DNA of 64,000 nucleotides from Spirochaetia bacterium (GCA_963666985.2 CAXXIA010000002.1:960001-1024000); one strand, 5' to 3'. Shown: positions 23,471-34,399, numbered from the stretch's first letter. Made by a program: numbers and translations. Notes: generated by a model from the sequence alone, not told the origin.

Positions 23471-26400
23471 TCAGCGTCTCAGCAAATCCGAAGGAATGTC
23501 CGTGTAAGAAAGGAACTCATCTTCACCGGCTTCCGCGGTTTCCAGTCCCAGAAGTCTTAAGCGGTTCCTATAGGGATAGGTGCTTTTCTCTTCGAGAAGA
23601 TTCCGTTCATCCGTTTCCGAAGAAGACATGATGCGCCGTTCATCCAAGTCGCGAAGCGGTGTTAAGCCGCGGGCCGCCAAAGAAGGCATGTCCGTGTAAA
23701 CCTCATCCGAATATTCGGATGACATCGTAAAGGCGCTTAAAGCCGCGGCGTAATCGTCTTCTCCGCCGCCCCTGGCAGCCGAACGGGCTCTGCCGACACC
23801 GAGATTGTTCCACGCGACAACATAGCGAATCAACAGTTCCCCGTGTACTTGCTTTTCGGCCGGATTCAAAAATCCGCCGGTTCTTCGCACTTCTTCGTCC
23901 AGAAGTTCAATGACTCGGGCGTATTGGCTGCGCGAGGCCTCGTAATCACCGCTCCGAAGCAGGGCGGCCGCCAAGGCCAGCCGCGCCTCATAGTCTCCGG
24001 GACGATTTCTCACGACCCGATGAAAATCCACGAGCGCGCCTTCCCGACCCAGCGCATACTTGGCGTATGCTCTGCGATACAAGGTTCCCGCGGGAAGATT
24101 CGTCCCGCCGGTTTTTCCGCCGAAGACTGTTTCGGCTTCATCGTAATACCGAACGGCCTGTGCCAGCTCCTCGTATCGTTCGCTCCCCGGAGAAAGAAGT
24201 TCCGACCTTGGTGAAAGCGAGTACGTTAAATCACCGGCTCCCGTAATCCCTTCGTAAAGAATATCGCCCAATTCAAGATAGAGCTTGCCGTATACGGGAG
24301 AAGCTCCCAATTGGTTCCTGGAGAGAGCGTCTTCATAAAGCCTTAAGGCCTTGGAATAGCTGCTTGTGGCAATATTCCGATATTCCGCCGCTTTGGGAGG
24401 ATTATCATTTTCCCGCAGCGCGCGGGCCGAATAAATACGTCCCATGGATCCCAGAGTGAGAATCCGCATTTCCAAATCATCACGGCTGAGAGATTCGCGC
24501 CCATCCAAACGAATCAATGTTCGTTTATCGGCTTCGAGTTCTTTCCCTTCATCCCCGAGAGCTTTCCAGTACCGGGCATCGATGTAATGAGGCTCGGGCG
24601 ACTGCGGATTCGCCGCAAGAGCCAAGTTGATAAATCGCCTTGATTCTTCGGTATTCCCGCGGAGAAGATGATAATCTCCAAGATCGGCGAAAACCTCGGC
24701 GGCCAATTCAGGCTCGTCGGTTTGACCGGGTACTTCCGATTTAAAAATAGGCAGAAGTGTTTCAATTTCTTCTTCATTGTTCAGTCGAAGGTTGTAGCGC
24801 ATCATACTCAAGATTGCACGTTCATCATTCCTGGATGTTTCCAGGACTTTGGCATACCGGAACCGAGCTTCCTCATACTTCGAGGGATCATCCTCGGCCC
24901 AGTCCAGATAAACATCGCCGGCGGCAAGTGTGTAATCGCGGTCGGGATTTCGCCCTCCTGTCCGAGGCGCGCCTTCCAGAACATCCAAGGCATCGGGATA
25001 TCGGCCCAGAATACCCGAGAGGAATTCGGCGTATTCAAGCCGCGCATCCTTTTCACCCGGCCTGACCGCGAGATACCCATCATAAAAATCGCATGCCGAA
25101 TTCCAATGTTTTCGCCGCCGAAAAGCCCGGGCGTAATCAAGCCAGCGCCCATCGTTTTTCCAGCCTTTCACAACAACGGGGGCATCCGCGATTCTATCGC
25201 CTTCTTCATCGGCGGCGGCAAACAAAGGCCATCCGTCCCAGGCATCATGGAAGAGCGAAACGGCCGAATCCACATTATCGACGCTGACGGCTTCAAGTCC
25301 CTTCTCGTAAAGGCTCTCGGCCTTAAGAGGACGATAAACCCACATGAATAGGGCCGCTGTGACTCCCCAAGCGGCGGCGATAATCGCCAGGATGGTCCGA
25401 ACAACAGGCCATCCTTCTTTCACCAGCTGATAGACCAAGGCGGCCCGGCGTTCTTCCAAGGCCCTGCCGGAACGCTTCTGGTAAGAGCGCGGAAGCTTGA
25501 TGCTTCTCTTGGTAATCGATTTGAATTGATCCGCCAGCGCTTTCGGGGAGTCACCGTCGATAAGTGCGTCGATAAGCGGCTGGAGATCCTGGGGATTTCT
25601 CCGTTCGTCCGCCAGGAGTTCTTCCAAAGCCATCTGAAGATTTCGCGGGAGAGACGCCAGAGTTTCCAGCATTTCTTCGAAATCTTCCTCGGAAATTGAG
25701 AAAGGCTTCGCTTCGTCTTCAGCCGCTTCGTCTAAGGACTGCTCGAGTTTTTCAAGGTCGACGCCGAGATTATCGGCGTACCCGTCTTCACCTTCTTTAA
25801 AATTGTACTGTTCCCCAAAATCTTCCATGGAGAACTGCTGATTGTCGTCGTCGATATCGGTGATGTCGGCCAAGGCATCGGCGCCGAGTTCTTCGTCAAA
25901 ATTGAGTTCATCGTCGAAGGACAATTCGTCCTGCGATCCCTCGTCCAGGGAATCCAGATCTCCGAGATCGTCAAGCGCACTCTCGACATCGGGAATTTCC
26001 TCGGAGATTTCTTCCGCGTCTTCCAGGTCATCCAACTCCCCAAGTTCTTCGGAATCGAATGAGTCTTCATCCGGGGACAATCCATTCTCGTCGAGATTTT
26101 CCGGAGTCTCAAAATCGTCATCTCCGATTTCATCGGGGACTTCCAATTCTCCGGATTCTTCAAGTTCCTCAATCTCAAAGGCTTCTTCGGATTCGTCTTC
26201 TCCCGATTCGAAGCTTTCGGTCTCCGAATCATCATCCGATTCGCCGAAATCCAAATCGTCCAAGGAAAAGTCATCGAGATCGCCGGTGCCTAAGTCTCCG
26301 AGGCCTTCATCGTCCTCGGGCAATTCCAAGCTCTCCATGGAGGAGTCTTCTTCCGGTTCCGCGGAATCTTCAAATGCGGTTTCCGCTTCGCCGAAATCCA

Positions 26401-27469
26401 AATCATCAAAGGAAAAGTCTTCAGGCGGCGCTTCGTCTTCAGGCGCATTATTTCCCGGTTCTTCGTCTCCGAGTTCGTCGATGCCGGGACTTTCCTCTTC
26501 GGGGAATCCCTCATCGGCCATCTCGTCAAAATTCAAATCTTCAAGGGAAAAATCATCTTCCGTATCTTCGGCGCCGTCCGGCTCTTCATTCGGTTCACTT
26601 GAAGAGAGGGGCTCCGTTTCCTCGCCGCCAGCCGCCTCAACATCACTAAAATCCAAATCGCCGAGTAAATCGTCGATATTTTCAACCTCGTCCGCAGGAG
26701 AGCCGCCAAACGAATTATCGCCTTCGGCGGCATTCCCCGCCGATGAATCATCAAGCAAATCATCAATTTCGGCGGCATCTTCAGCCGAAGAATCGCCGAG
26801 GAGGCCGTCGAAACCATCGGCGGCAAGAGGTTCAAAATCGTCTATGGAAAAATCGTCGATATCCTCTTCCGGACCGCCGAAATCCGCCGGACCGGAATCA
26901 TCGGTTCCAATTTCTTCCGTTTCATCCGATTCGACTCCGGAATCGTCCCCGGGGAAGTCCTCCATCGCCTCATCAATATCGATATCGCCGAATAAATCTT
27001 CGATATCTTCAATCTCTTCCGCAGGAGATCCGCGAAACGAGTTATCGGCATCGGCGGCATCGTCCGCCGACGAGTTATCAAGCAAATCATCAATTTCGGC
27101 GAGATCCTCCGCCGGCGAATCGCCGAGAAGATCATCGAAACCTTCGGCGTTAAGAGGTTCAAAATCGTCTATGGAAAAATCGTCGATATCCTCTTCCGGA
27201 CCGCCGGAATCAGCCGCGGAATCGAAAGATTCGGGAGTTTCGAGTCCTTCCAGATCTTCCGAATAAGCGCCCAGCAAGGCTTCCATCTCATCAACGCCGT
27301 CGCCGGTTGAAATCTCCTCGTCGAGCATCCTCTCCAATTCAGGATCGGAAGGGATTTCGGGCGGCCTTATATCGGACGGTTTTTCACCGCGTTCGGCGAG
27401 AATACGCGGCTCGTCTCCCAGTTCGTTGATATTCTTTTTTAAAGCGTCCAGTGCTTCGAGAGTCGGCAT
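23471..27469 (-). CDS. flcA: Periplasmic flagellar collar protein FlcA-like (acidic N-terminus, one TM, TPR C-terminus)
   Basis: MP-x-L...LGDEP start, about 600-aa D/E-rich region, TM ending WVYRPLKAESLYEKG, TPR repeats; architecture matches spirochaete FlcA from recall. Confidence 0.65.
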   Translation of the reverse strand: MPTLEALDALKKNINELGDEPRILAERGEKPSDIRPPEIPSDPELERMLDEEISTGDGVDEMEALLGAYSEDLEGLETPESFDSAADSGGPEEDIDDFSIDDFEPLNAEGFDDLLGDSPAEDLAEIDDLLDNSSADDAADADNSFRGSPAEEIEDIEDLFGDIDIDEAMEDFPGDDSGVESDETEEIGTDDSGPADFGGPEEDIDDFSIDDFEPLAADGFDGLLGDSSAEDAAEIDDLLDDSSAGNAAEGDNSFGGSPADEVENIDDLLGDLDFSDVEAAGGEETEPLSSSEPNEEPDGAEDTEDDFSLEDLNFDEMADEGFPEEESPGIDELGDEEPGNNAPEDEAPPEDFSFDDLDFGEAETAFEDSAEPEEDSSMESLELPEDDEGLGDLGTGDLDDFSLDDLDFGESDDDSETESFESGEDESEEAFEIEELEESGELEVPDEIGDDDFETPENLDENGLSPDEDSFDSEELGELDDLEDAEEISEEIPDVESALDDLGDLDSLDEGSQDELSFDDELNFDEELGADALADITDIDDDNQQFSMEDFGEQYNFKEGEDGYADNLGVDLEKLEQSLDEAAEDEAKPFSISEEDFEEMLETLASLPRNLQMALEELLADERRNPQDLQPLIDALIDGDSPKALADQFKSITKRSIKLPRSYQKRSGRALEERRAALVYQLVKEGWPVVRTILAIIAAAWGVTAALFMWVYRPLKAESLYEKGLEAVSVDNVDSAVSLFHDAWDGWPLFAAADEEGDRIADAPVVVKGWKNDGRWLDYARAFRRRKHWNSACDFYDGYLAVRPGEKDARLEYAEFLSGILGRYPDALDVLEGAPRTGGRNPDRDYTLAAGDVYLDWAEDDPSKYEEARFRYAKVLETSRNDERAILSMMRYNLRLNNEEEIETLLPIFKSEVPGQTDEPELAAEVFADLGDYHLLRGNTEESRRFINLALAANPQSPEPHYIDARYWKALGDEGKELEADKRTLIRLDGRESLSRDDLEMRILTLGSMGRIYSARALRENDNPPKAAEYRNIATSSYSKALRLYEDALSRNQLGASPVYGKLYLELGDILYEGITGAGDLTYSLSPRSELLSPGSERYEELAQAVRYYDEAETVFGGKTGGTNLPAGTLYRRAYAKYALGREGALVDFHRVVRNRPGDYEARLALAAALLRSGDYEASRSQYARVIELLDEEVRRTGGFLNPAEKQVHGELLIRYVVAWNNLGVGRARSAARGGGEDDYAAALSAFTMSSEYSDEVYTDMPSLAARGLTPLRDLDERRIMSSSETDERNLLEEKSTYPYRNRLRLLGLETAEAGEDEFLSYTDIPSDLLRR
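26650..27207 (-). repeat. Intragenic duplication (327-bp period) in the acidic region of the FlcA-like gene
   Basis: GGPEEDIDDFSIDDFEPL...EIDDLLD occurs twice; identical DNA blocks at 26831 and 27158. Confidence 0.9.
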
Positions 27470-27670
27470 CCTTACGTCCTACGGAGATTATCGGGTATAA
27501 GATATTCTCATATCCGAGAGAGCCCCCTATCTCTTAATATCGGCGGAAATCACCTCTATTGAAGGACAGTTGTTCCATAAGTCGGATAATATCCGGATTT
27601 CATGCGACTCATTCTAACCGAGAATGGGAAATATTTGGTGAATGCGTTCTGAGGAACACACAACAGAAAA

Positions 27671-27719
27671 AGAAACGGGCCGAATCGGCCCGTTTCTCAT
27701 CCCCGGCCGAAGGCCGGGG
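27671..27719 (-). terminator. Double-hairpin terminator of the sugar ABC operon
   Basis: AGAAACGGGCCGA-A-TCGGCCCGTTTCT and CCCCGGCC-GAA-GGCCGGGG, with a T-run on the minus strand. Confidence 0.8.
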
Positions 27720-27738
27720 TCACTTTTAAAATCCAAGA

Positions 27739-28731
27739 TTAATACGGCAGCTTGGATTCCCATTCCGCGGCGTTATCGGCCGTAATGGTTGTTCCCGTGG
27801 AGAGCTGCGTATATTCGATCGATTCACCCGCCATCCAGGAATCAATCACCTCGGCAAGCTTGGTAATGATATCGGTTCCGGTCTGGGTAACCGTCAGCTG
27901 CATCCGGCCCTCTTTAATGCGCTTCATGCTGTCGATGAAGGCCTCGAGAGAAACAACGGTAATCTCGCCGGGTGCATAACCGGCCTCTTCAATGGCCTGA
28001 ATACCGCCGAGAGCGAATTCATCGGAAAGAGCGAAGACAAAATCGATGTTTTTATTGGCAACCAGAAGGGCGCTCATTTCCTCATAGGCGGTATCGCGGG
28101 AAGCGCCGCAATACTTGACGGCAAGCTGATTATAGCCGGCATCCGCAAAGAACTCGTTCACGGCGGCTTCGCGGACGATATAGTCGTATTGGGCTTCCCA
28201 ACCCGAAAGGATAACGTAGTTCGCACCGGCATCGAAATGATCGAGTATGTACTTCGCGCCGGGACCTACCAAACCGTTTTTCTGATCGGGACCCACATAG
28301 CAGTAAACCAGGGACTGTCCTTCCTCTTTAACGTCGGACGTGATTGTAATAACATCCATGCCCGCTTCGGAAAAATCCTGAACATAGGTAACGGCGGCGC
28401 CCGAGTCGACGGGGAACAGAACAATCAGATCGACGATATCGTCTGAGATAACGGACGCGACCTGCTCGGTCTGAGTGTTCACATCTCCATTGCCGTCGTA
28501 AACTTCCAAATCCCAGCCTTTGTTATCCGCCAAAACCTGAAACTGATTCAGGATGTCTATCGGATAGGGAGCCAATGTGGTGGTAACGGCGATATAGGCG
28601 ACGGTAAACACACCATCTCCGTTTCTATCACCGGCAACATCGGATTTTTTCTCGGAATCGCTTTTTCCTTTGCAGGAAACAAAAGCGAAAACCATAACGA
28701 GAGCCAGAAGAAGCACCAAAAACCTTTTCAT
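27739..28731 (-). CDS. Sugar ABC transporter substrate-binding lipoprotein (RbsB-like)
   Basis: Lipobox FVSC; periplasmic binding type I motifs; GGAGG RBS before ATG 28731. Confidence 0.88.
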   Translation of the reverse strand: MKRFLVLLLALVMVFAFVSCKGKSDSEKKSDVAGDRNGDGVFTVAYIAVTTTLAPYPIDILNQFQVLADNKGWDLEVYDGNGDVNTQTEQVASVISDDIVDLIVLFPVDSGAAVTYVQDFSEAGMDVITITSDVKEEGQSLVYCYVGPDQKNGLVGPGAKYILDHFDAGANYVILSGWEAQYDYIVREAAVNEFFADAGYNQLAVKYCGASRDTAYEEMSALLVANKNIDFVFALSDEFALGGIQAIEEAGYAPGEITVVSLEAFIDSMKRIKEGRMQLTVTQTGTDIITKLAEVIDSWMAGESIEYTQLSTGTTITADNAAEWESKLPY

Positions 28732-28755
28732 TTTAAGATCCTCCATAAAATGATT

Positions 28756-29748
28756 TTAACCTTTTTGATTTTTTATATGACTTGACGATTTATCGAGAAT
28801 AAGAACGAGAATCACCACAATCCCGGTAATAAGCGCCTGCATGGCCGTCCGCATACCCAGCTTTGTCATGACATTATTGATGATCTGAATAATGGCCACT
28901 CCCATAATGCACATGGCCATATTCCCCTTCCCCCCCTGCATTTTGACGCCGCCGACCACGACCGAACAGATGGCGATTATGTCCAGGTTGTCGCCCATAT
29001 TGTAGGTGGACGTGTTCATCCGCATCACGACAAGCATTGAACACACCGAAGCGCAGAAGCCGCCTATGGTGAAAGCGATTCGCGTCAGACGGTCGTTATT
29101 GATTCCGGAAAAGAGACCCGCCTCGGGATTGCCTCCGACGACGTACATATTGACGCCGCTGCGTTTATACCGAAGAAACAGGGCAAAAGCGACAAGAAAA
29201 ACAAGACAGACAATATGAGAGGGTGTTAAAAAACCGAACAGCTTCAAATTGTAGAACTTTGAAAACGTCTTTCCGAAAAGAGAAATCTCCACGGGGATGC
29301 CGCCCGAGTCATGATTCAAGATAAGAACAAGACCTTTCAGTCCGGTCATGACGGCCAGGGTTCCGATGAGGGAAGGAATTTTCAATCTGGTGATAATGGT
29401 TCCGTTGAGATATCCGAGAGCACTGCCTATGGCCAGCGTGATTAAAAATGCGGGGAAGAATCCTATGGAGTTGCACATAATGACGAATAAGGTTCCGTCG
29501 AGAGCAACTTGATACGCCAAAGACAAATCGATTCCGCCCACAAGGAAAATAAACGTTAAGCCGATGGCCAGGATTCCGTATGTCCCGATGGATTGCGTCA
29601 GATTAATGATATTGCCCACTCTGGTGAATTTGGGCGAAGCGCTGATACAGGCGGCGGCGATAACCAGTATCAGAATAAAGGCGCTGTTGTTGTCGCGAAA
29701 GAATCGCGTAACTGGATTGGTTTTCAGTTTATCCGGTGCAAATTTCAC
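28756..29748 (-). CDS. Sugar ABC transporter permease (RbsC-like)
   Basis: GGIDLS, VGGNPEAG, VVGGVKMQGGKG; GTG start overlaps upstream TGA. Confidence 0.9.
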   Translation of the reverse strand: MKFAPDKLKTNPVTRFFRDNNSAFILILVIAAACISASPKFTRVGNIINLTQSIGTYGILAIGLTFIFLVGGIDLSLAYQVALDGTLFVIMCNSIGFFPAFLITLAIGSALGYLNGTIITRLKIPSLIGTLAVMTGLKGLVLILNHDSGGIPVEISLFGKTFSKFYNLKLFGFLTPSHIVCLVFLVAFALFLRYKRSGVNMYVVGGNPEAGLFSGINNDRLTRIAFTIGGFCASVCSMLVVMRMNTSTYNMGDNLDIIAICSVVVGGVKMQGGKGNMAMCIMGVAIIQIINNVMTKLGMRTAMQALITGIVVILVLILDKSSSHIKNQKG

Positions 29749-30710
29749 GACTTGAATCCTCCCGAGCTTTTCACGTCCATCCACATGGCGGCCAACAGTA
29801 TGAAGCCCTGAGTAATGTACGTTGCATTCGACCCAAGCCCGATTAATGTAAACCCGTTGGAGAGGATTCCAACGAACAGCACGCCCAAAATCGTCCCGAG
29901 AACATTGCCCTTTCCGCCGGTAACGCTCGTTCCTCCGAGAACAACGGCGGTCAGAACGTCAAATTCCAGACCGACGCCGGAATACGGCTGAACCGACATA
30001 ACCTTCGCGTAAAGCACCGTTCCGGCCATGCCCGTGGCCAAACCCGTCAGCATATAAACGGCCAAAACGATCAGCCAGCAGCGGATGCCGGAAAAATGAG
30101 CGCTGACCGAATTGGCGCCGACGGCGTACACCTTGGTGCCGAAAGAAGTCTTTTTCAGCAGAAACCAAAACACAACCGCGAAAAGCAGAAACACCAGTAT
30201 GGGTGTCGGAATATTCAGGATTTGTCCCTGTCCGACAAATTCAAGAACCGAACTCGGATCCAGTTTTGTTACGAACCGTCCGTCCGAATACAATGTCGTA
30301 ACGCCTTTAAAGATATACATCGTTCCGAGAGTGGCGATAAAAGCATTGAGCCGCAGAACACCGACAAGAAATCCGTTCAGAGCACCGCAGGCCGTACCGG
30401 CAAGAACCGCGAAAAGGAGGGCTTCGCCGAAGTTCCCCGAATGCTGACCGGTAATGACGGCGCAGAAACCGATCATCCAGCCCAGAGACAAATCGATGTT
30501 TCCGGAAACCATGACAAGCGTTACGGCGCAGGACATAATCCCGACGACGGAAACCGAACGCAGAAGGTTTGTAATATTTTTCGCCGTAAAAAACTTGGCC
30601 CCGCTGAACGAGACGACAATCACGACAAAAACAATCACCATTGCGATGACGCCGAGGTTTTCTTTGCCCGCAAACCATTGACCGCGGCGGGAGGAATTAC
30701 GTTCTTTCAT
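29745..30710 (-). CDS. Sugar ABC transporter permease (RbsC-like)
   Basis: GNIDLS, AVVLGGTSVTGGKG. Confidence 0.92.
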   Translation of the reverse strand: MKERNSSRRGQWFAGKENLGVIAMVIVFVVIVVSFSGAKFFTAKNITNLLRSVSVVGIMSCAVTLVMVSGNIDLSLGWMIGFCAVITGQHSGNFGEALLFAVLAGTACGALNGFLVGVLRLNAFIATLGTMYIFKGVTTLYSDGRFVTKLDPSSVLEFVGQGQILNIPTPILVFLLFAVVFWFLLKKTSFGTKVYAVGANSVSAHFSGIRCWLIVLAVYMLTGLATGMAGTVLYAKVMSVQPYSGVGLEFDVLTAVVLGGTSVTGGKGNVLGTILGVLFVGILSNGFTLIGLGSNATYITQGFILLAAMWMDVKSSGGFKS

Positions 30711-32209
30711 GCTTTTCCGGTCCCCAAGGCGGCCGTGAGAATATCCTCTCGAGAAGGTTCCCCGCTCATATCGAACTGTGCCGTCATTTTTCCTTCGTGG
30801 ATTGTAATCACGCTGTCGCTCAGACCCATAACCTCCTCAATTTCAGAGGAAACGACGATTATCGCCACTCCCTTTTCCGCAAGATCACCCAGAAGTGAGT
30901 AGATTTCAGCCTTGGAACCGATATCGATACCGCGCGTGGGCTCATCCACGATTAAAAGCTTCGGATTCATCATCAGCCATTTGGCGACAACCACCTTCTG
31001 CTGATTTCCTCCGGACAGATTCCCGGTAAGCTGATGAAACGAGGGTGTTTTAATACTGATGTCGTCAATATACCGGTCGGTGATTTTTCGCTGCTTACTT
31101 CTGTTGATAACACCCAATGAAGTGAACTGCCGAAGATGAACAATCGTCATATTGATCAGAATCGAAAGCTGGAGCATAAGGCCTTCTTTCTTCCGATCCT
31201 CCGTGCAGAAGCCTATCCCCGAGCCGATGGCGGCGTTTGATGATCCAGGACGCAGTTTCCTGCCGTTCATGAGGATCTCTCCGGCCTCATATTTATCCAC
31301 CCCGAAAATCGCCCTCATGATTTCGGAGCGCCCCGCTCCGATAAGACCGAAGAAACCGACGATTTCACCGGAACGCACGTTGAAAGAGATATCCTCAAAA
31401 ATCCCCTTGCTCGTAAGATTCCTGACTTCCAGAACGTTGCCGCCGATGGGAACGGTTTTCTTGTTGTACATGTTCTCAAGACTGCGTCCGATCATGTTGG
31501 CAACCAGCCGTTCTTCGGTGATTTCGTTCTTATTCACGGTAATGATGTTCTCGCCGTCCCGGATTACGGTAATCCGATCGGAGAGAAGCATCACCTCATC
31601 CAGCTTGTGGGATATATAGACGATGGCGATGTTTTTCTTCTTCAGAAACGAAATGATTCTAAAGAGCGTTTCGGTTTCCGATTCGGATAGGGAGGATGTC
31701 GGCTCATCCATAATGATGCAGCGGGCTTTCCGAGTAAGCGCGCGACCGATTTCAACCATCTGCTGCTGTCCGATGGACAGACTGCCCGCGGGAGTTTTCG
31801 GCGAGACATCAAGCCCCAGTTCGCGCAGGACTTCCTTTGAGTCGGCATAAAGTTTTTTGTAGTCAACGACGGAACCCTTCATGGGGAGGTTGCCGATAAA
31901 AAGATTCTTGGCGACATCCTGCTCGGGTACGATGGAAAGTTCCTGATAGACACAGGAAACCCCTCTGACGATTCCTTCGTGTGTCGATTTGAAATTGACA
32001 TTCTCGCCGTCGATGAAATACTCTCCGCCGTCGCGCGCATGGGCCCCGGTCATAACCTTGATAAGGGTAGATTTTCCGGCGCCGTTTTCACCGCACAGCG
32101 CATGGATTTCACCCGACAGCAAGGTAAACGAAACATTGCTTAACGCCTTGACTCCCGGAAACAGCTTTGTAATATTCCGCAATTCAATGAACGGATGCAA
32201 AAACACCAC
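30707..32209 (-). CDS. Sugar ABC transporter ATP-binding protein (RbsA/MglA-like)
   Basis: GENGAGKST, MDEPT, LSGGNQQKV, DEPTRGID. Confidence 0.95.
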   Translation of the reverse strand: MVFLHPFIELRNITKLFPGVKALSNVSFTLLSGEIHALCGENGAGKSTLIKVMTGAHARDGGEYFIDGENVNFKSTHEGIVRGVSCVYQELSIVPEQDVAKNLFIGNLPMKGSVVDYKKLYADSKEVLRELGLDVSPKTPAGSLSIGQQQMVEIGRALTRKARCIIMDEPTSSLSESETETLFRIISFLKKKNIAIVYISHKLDEVMLLSDRITVIRDGENIITVNKNEITEERLVANMIGRSLENMYNKKTVPIGGNVLEVRNLTSKGIFEDISFNVRSGEIVGFFGLIGAGRSEIMRAIFGVDKYEAGEILMNGRKLRPGSSNAAIGSGIGFCTEDRKKEGLMLQLSILINMTIVHLRQFTSLGVINRSKQRKITDRYIDDISIKTPSFHQLTGNLSGGNQQKVVVAKWLMMNPKLLIVDEPTRGIDIGSKAEIYSLLGDLAEKGVAIIVVSSEIEEVMGLSDSVITIHEGKMTAQFDMSGEPSREDILTAALGTGKA

Positions 32210-32641
32210 CTCCGATCTGTTATTCAGTCAGTCGCATTTCCGCATGTCATAATGCAAAACCACTCGACTCAAATCTCCATTGAATGAAAATCGCCTTATG
32301 GTAGGTTGAGGAATTTTCTTCTGTCAAACTTAAAAGGCGCGTTTGTACAAAAACGCACTTGCATGCTACAAAATCGATATCAAATTCACATTATCAGGAT
32401 CGATTATCGGATTCTCCACCGCACCGATCGGCTCCATGGCCGATGAGAAGAAACCATGCCGATCCGATCGTTTAATTCCGTTACCAATCGCCGATAATCC
32501 CGGCGGGATTCCCGATAATTCGGCTTTGTTTTTCACGAATACGGCTTTCTGCCCTGATGTGGCTTGTCGTCAAACTTACCATACCGGAGAGATGGCCGTA
32601 TCCTTTTTTCTATTCACGGAGATTTTTGAAAGAGCCTCATT

Positions 32642-32980
32642 CTAATTGTTAATTGCCGTCGTATGGGTAATTCGCCCTTGAATAACGGCAATGCCGGAAC
32701 GGGATCCGTCCAGCATTTCGGAACCGGTTTGGCCCCATCGGATGTCGTATGTGCCGGCGCCGACACCGAAAACTTCGGTTTCTCCATCCGCCAGCTCTCC
32801 ATTAAGCAAATCCTCGGCGCCGTCCCATCCGCTGCCGGACGGAACTATATTCACCCATCCCAGTGTATGACCGCTGGCGTTCTCCAAAGCAATTCCGGTA
32901 TCGATATCGGAACCGCACCCGATCAATCCGATAAAAACCGCAGCCGAGAAAACGATTAAAAGCTTGCTTTTTTTCATCAT
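32642..32980 (-). CDS. Small lipoprotein of unknown function
   Basis: Lipobox LIGC; beta-rich W..DLL...GTYDIR domain. Confidence 0.75.
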   Translation of the reverse strand: MMKKSKLLIVFSAAVFIGLIGCGSDIDTGIALENASGHTLGWVNIVPSGSGWDGAEDLLNGELADGETEVFGVGAGTYDIRWGQTGSEMLDGSRSGIAVIQGRITHTTAINN

Positions 32981-33012
32981 ACCCTAAAAATAACGTACAG
33001 CTGTTACCTTAT

Positions 33013-33036
33013 CGTCCCAAAATGCACAATGGGACG
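33013..33036. promoter_or_regulatory. Inverted repeat, candidate operator of the adjacent AraC regulator
   Basis: CGTCCCA-N10-TGGGACG, about 33 bp upstream of the lipoprotein start. Confidence 0.45.
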
Positions 33037-33253
33037 CCCTCCATAGCGGAAAGAAGCCTCAATACGATAACTCTCGGTTTCCAATCATCATCGCCGGTGG
33101 AGGCCGAAATCTTCATGTTTTCTTGCGGCCCGGGAAACGGTTTTTCAACCGGCCGAATCTTCATCAGGTGCGGCCGAACGGGGACTTCCAAGAGCGTTTC
33201 TACGTTTTTCCGTAATCTATCGATCGGTATTCACTCATGATATACTCAACCTC

Positions 33254-34399
33254 ATGCGGGTTCTTTCCCTCATCACCGCGCTCGGCGCTCTTCAAGGCGC
33301 TCTGCTTCTCCTCTTCATTGGGTTTAGGGAACGTCACCCCAAGACAACACCGCTCGCCCTTCTGCTGCTCGTTTTCTCGGCAAGGCTGGCCACCATTCCT
33401 ACCTGGAATGCGACAACGCTGATCGATAAACCCTGGATTTATCCCCTCACGGCACCGCTTCCATTCCTCTTCGGATTTCTCTTATGGTGGTATGCTGAAG
33501 AAATCAGCCGCGACGAATCCGCACGCCCGCGAAGGCTGCCGCTTCATTTTATTCCCTGGTTCGCCGAGACTGCGGCGGTGACTTACACCGTTCTCAAATC
33601 CAATCCCGAAGAATACCGACTGCTCATCAATTCAATATTCGCCGGCGATCCGCCGCTCTGGCTTCCGGTAAGGAACGCTCTCAAAGTGACGGTGAATCTG
33701 GTCTATATAATCCTGACGGCGCGAATCGCTTTCGGGAAAAAAGCGTCTCGATATTCACCCGAGCGGCGTATTCGGCTCCGATCCATCGTGATTATTCCGA
33801 CTCTTGTCCTCTTATTCTTTGCCTACGTGGCCGTTGTGCCCGGCGCGACGGAAAATCTTTCCGACGGCTCCCCGGAACCCTTTCTCTTTCTGGCCGGCGC
33901 CATGGCGCTCTTAATCTACACCATATCGTTCCTCCAGCTCGCTGCCCCGGATATCCCCGGGCATCGAGTCGATAAGCCGACACAAGCGAAAGACGCTTTG
34001 TGTCCGCCGGAAGAGTGCCTTCGCCTGATGAGGCGTCTCGACGAGCATTTTGATTCCGGAGCCTTCCGCGACCCGGATCTCACGCTCAAGGATCTGGCCT
34101 CCCGCCTGAACGTCAACGCGAATCGGCTTTCTTACGCCGTCAACCGGACGGCGGGAATTTCTTTCCGATGCCTTCTAAACCGGCGAAGGCTGGCGGACTT
34201 TCTCAAACAGGCCGAAGAAGCGAAAAAGCGGCGCTGTTCCTTCCTGGATATGGCCTTCAACGCGGGATTCCCCTCTAAGAGTACTTTCAATCGAGTTTTC
34301 CGCGAGGAATACGGCATGACTCCCAGCGCGTATCTGGCAGAACAAAATCCGAAAAAGGACTCCCCGACCGAAATTCAAGAGGATTCAAGGCCTGTGTAA
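33254..34399 (+). CDS. Membrane-anchored AraC-family regulator
   Basis: About 7 N-terminal TM segments; FRDPDLTLKDLA and AFNAGFPSKSTFNRVFREEYGMTPS. Confidence 0.92.
   Translation: MRVLSLITALGALQGALLLLFIGFRERHPKTTPLALLLLVFSARLATIPTWNATTLIDKPWIYPLTAPLPFLFGFLLWWYAEEISRDESARPRRLPLHFIPWFAETAAVTYTVLKSNPEEYRLLINSIFAGDPPLWLPVRNALKVTVNLVYIILTARIAFGKKASRYSPERRIRLRSIVIIPTLVLLFFAYVAVVPGATENLSDGSPEPFLFLAGAMALLIYTISFLQLAAPDIPGHRVDKPTQAKDALCPPEECLRLMRRLDEHFDSGAFRDPDLTLKDLASRLNVNANRLSYAVNRTAGISFRCLLNRRRLADFLKQAEEAKKRRCSFLDMAFNAGFPSKSTFNRVFREEYGMTPSAYLAEQNPKKDSPTEIQEDSRPV

Noticed and set aside
25842..27266. 474-aa Ser-rich plus-strand ORF
   Set aside because: Antisense shadow of the Asp/Glu codons of the FlcA-like gene
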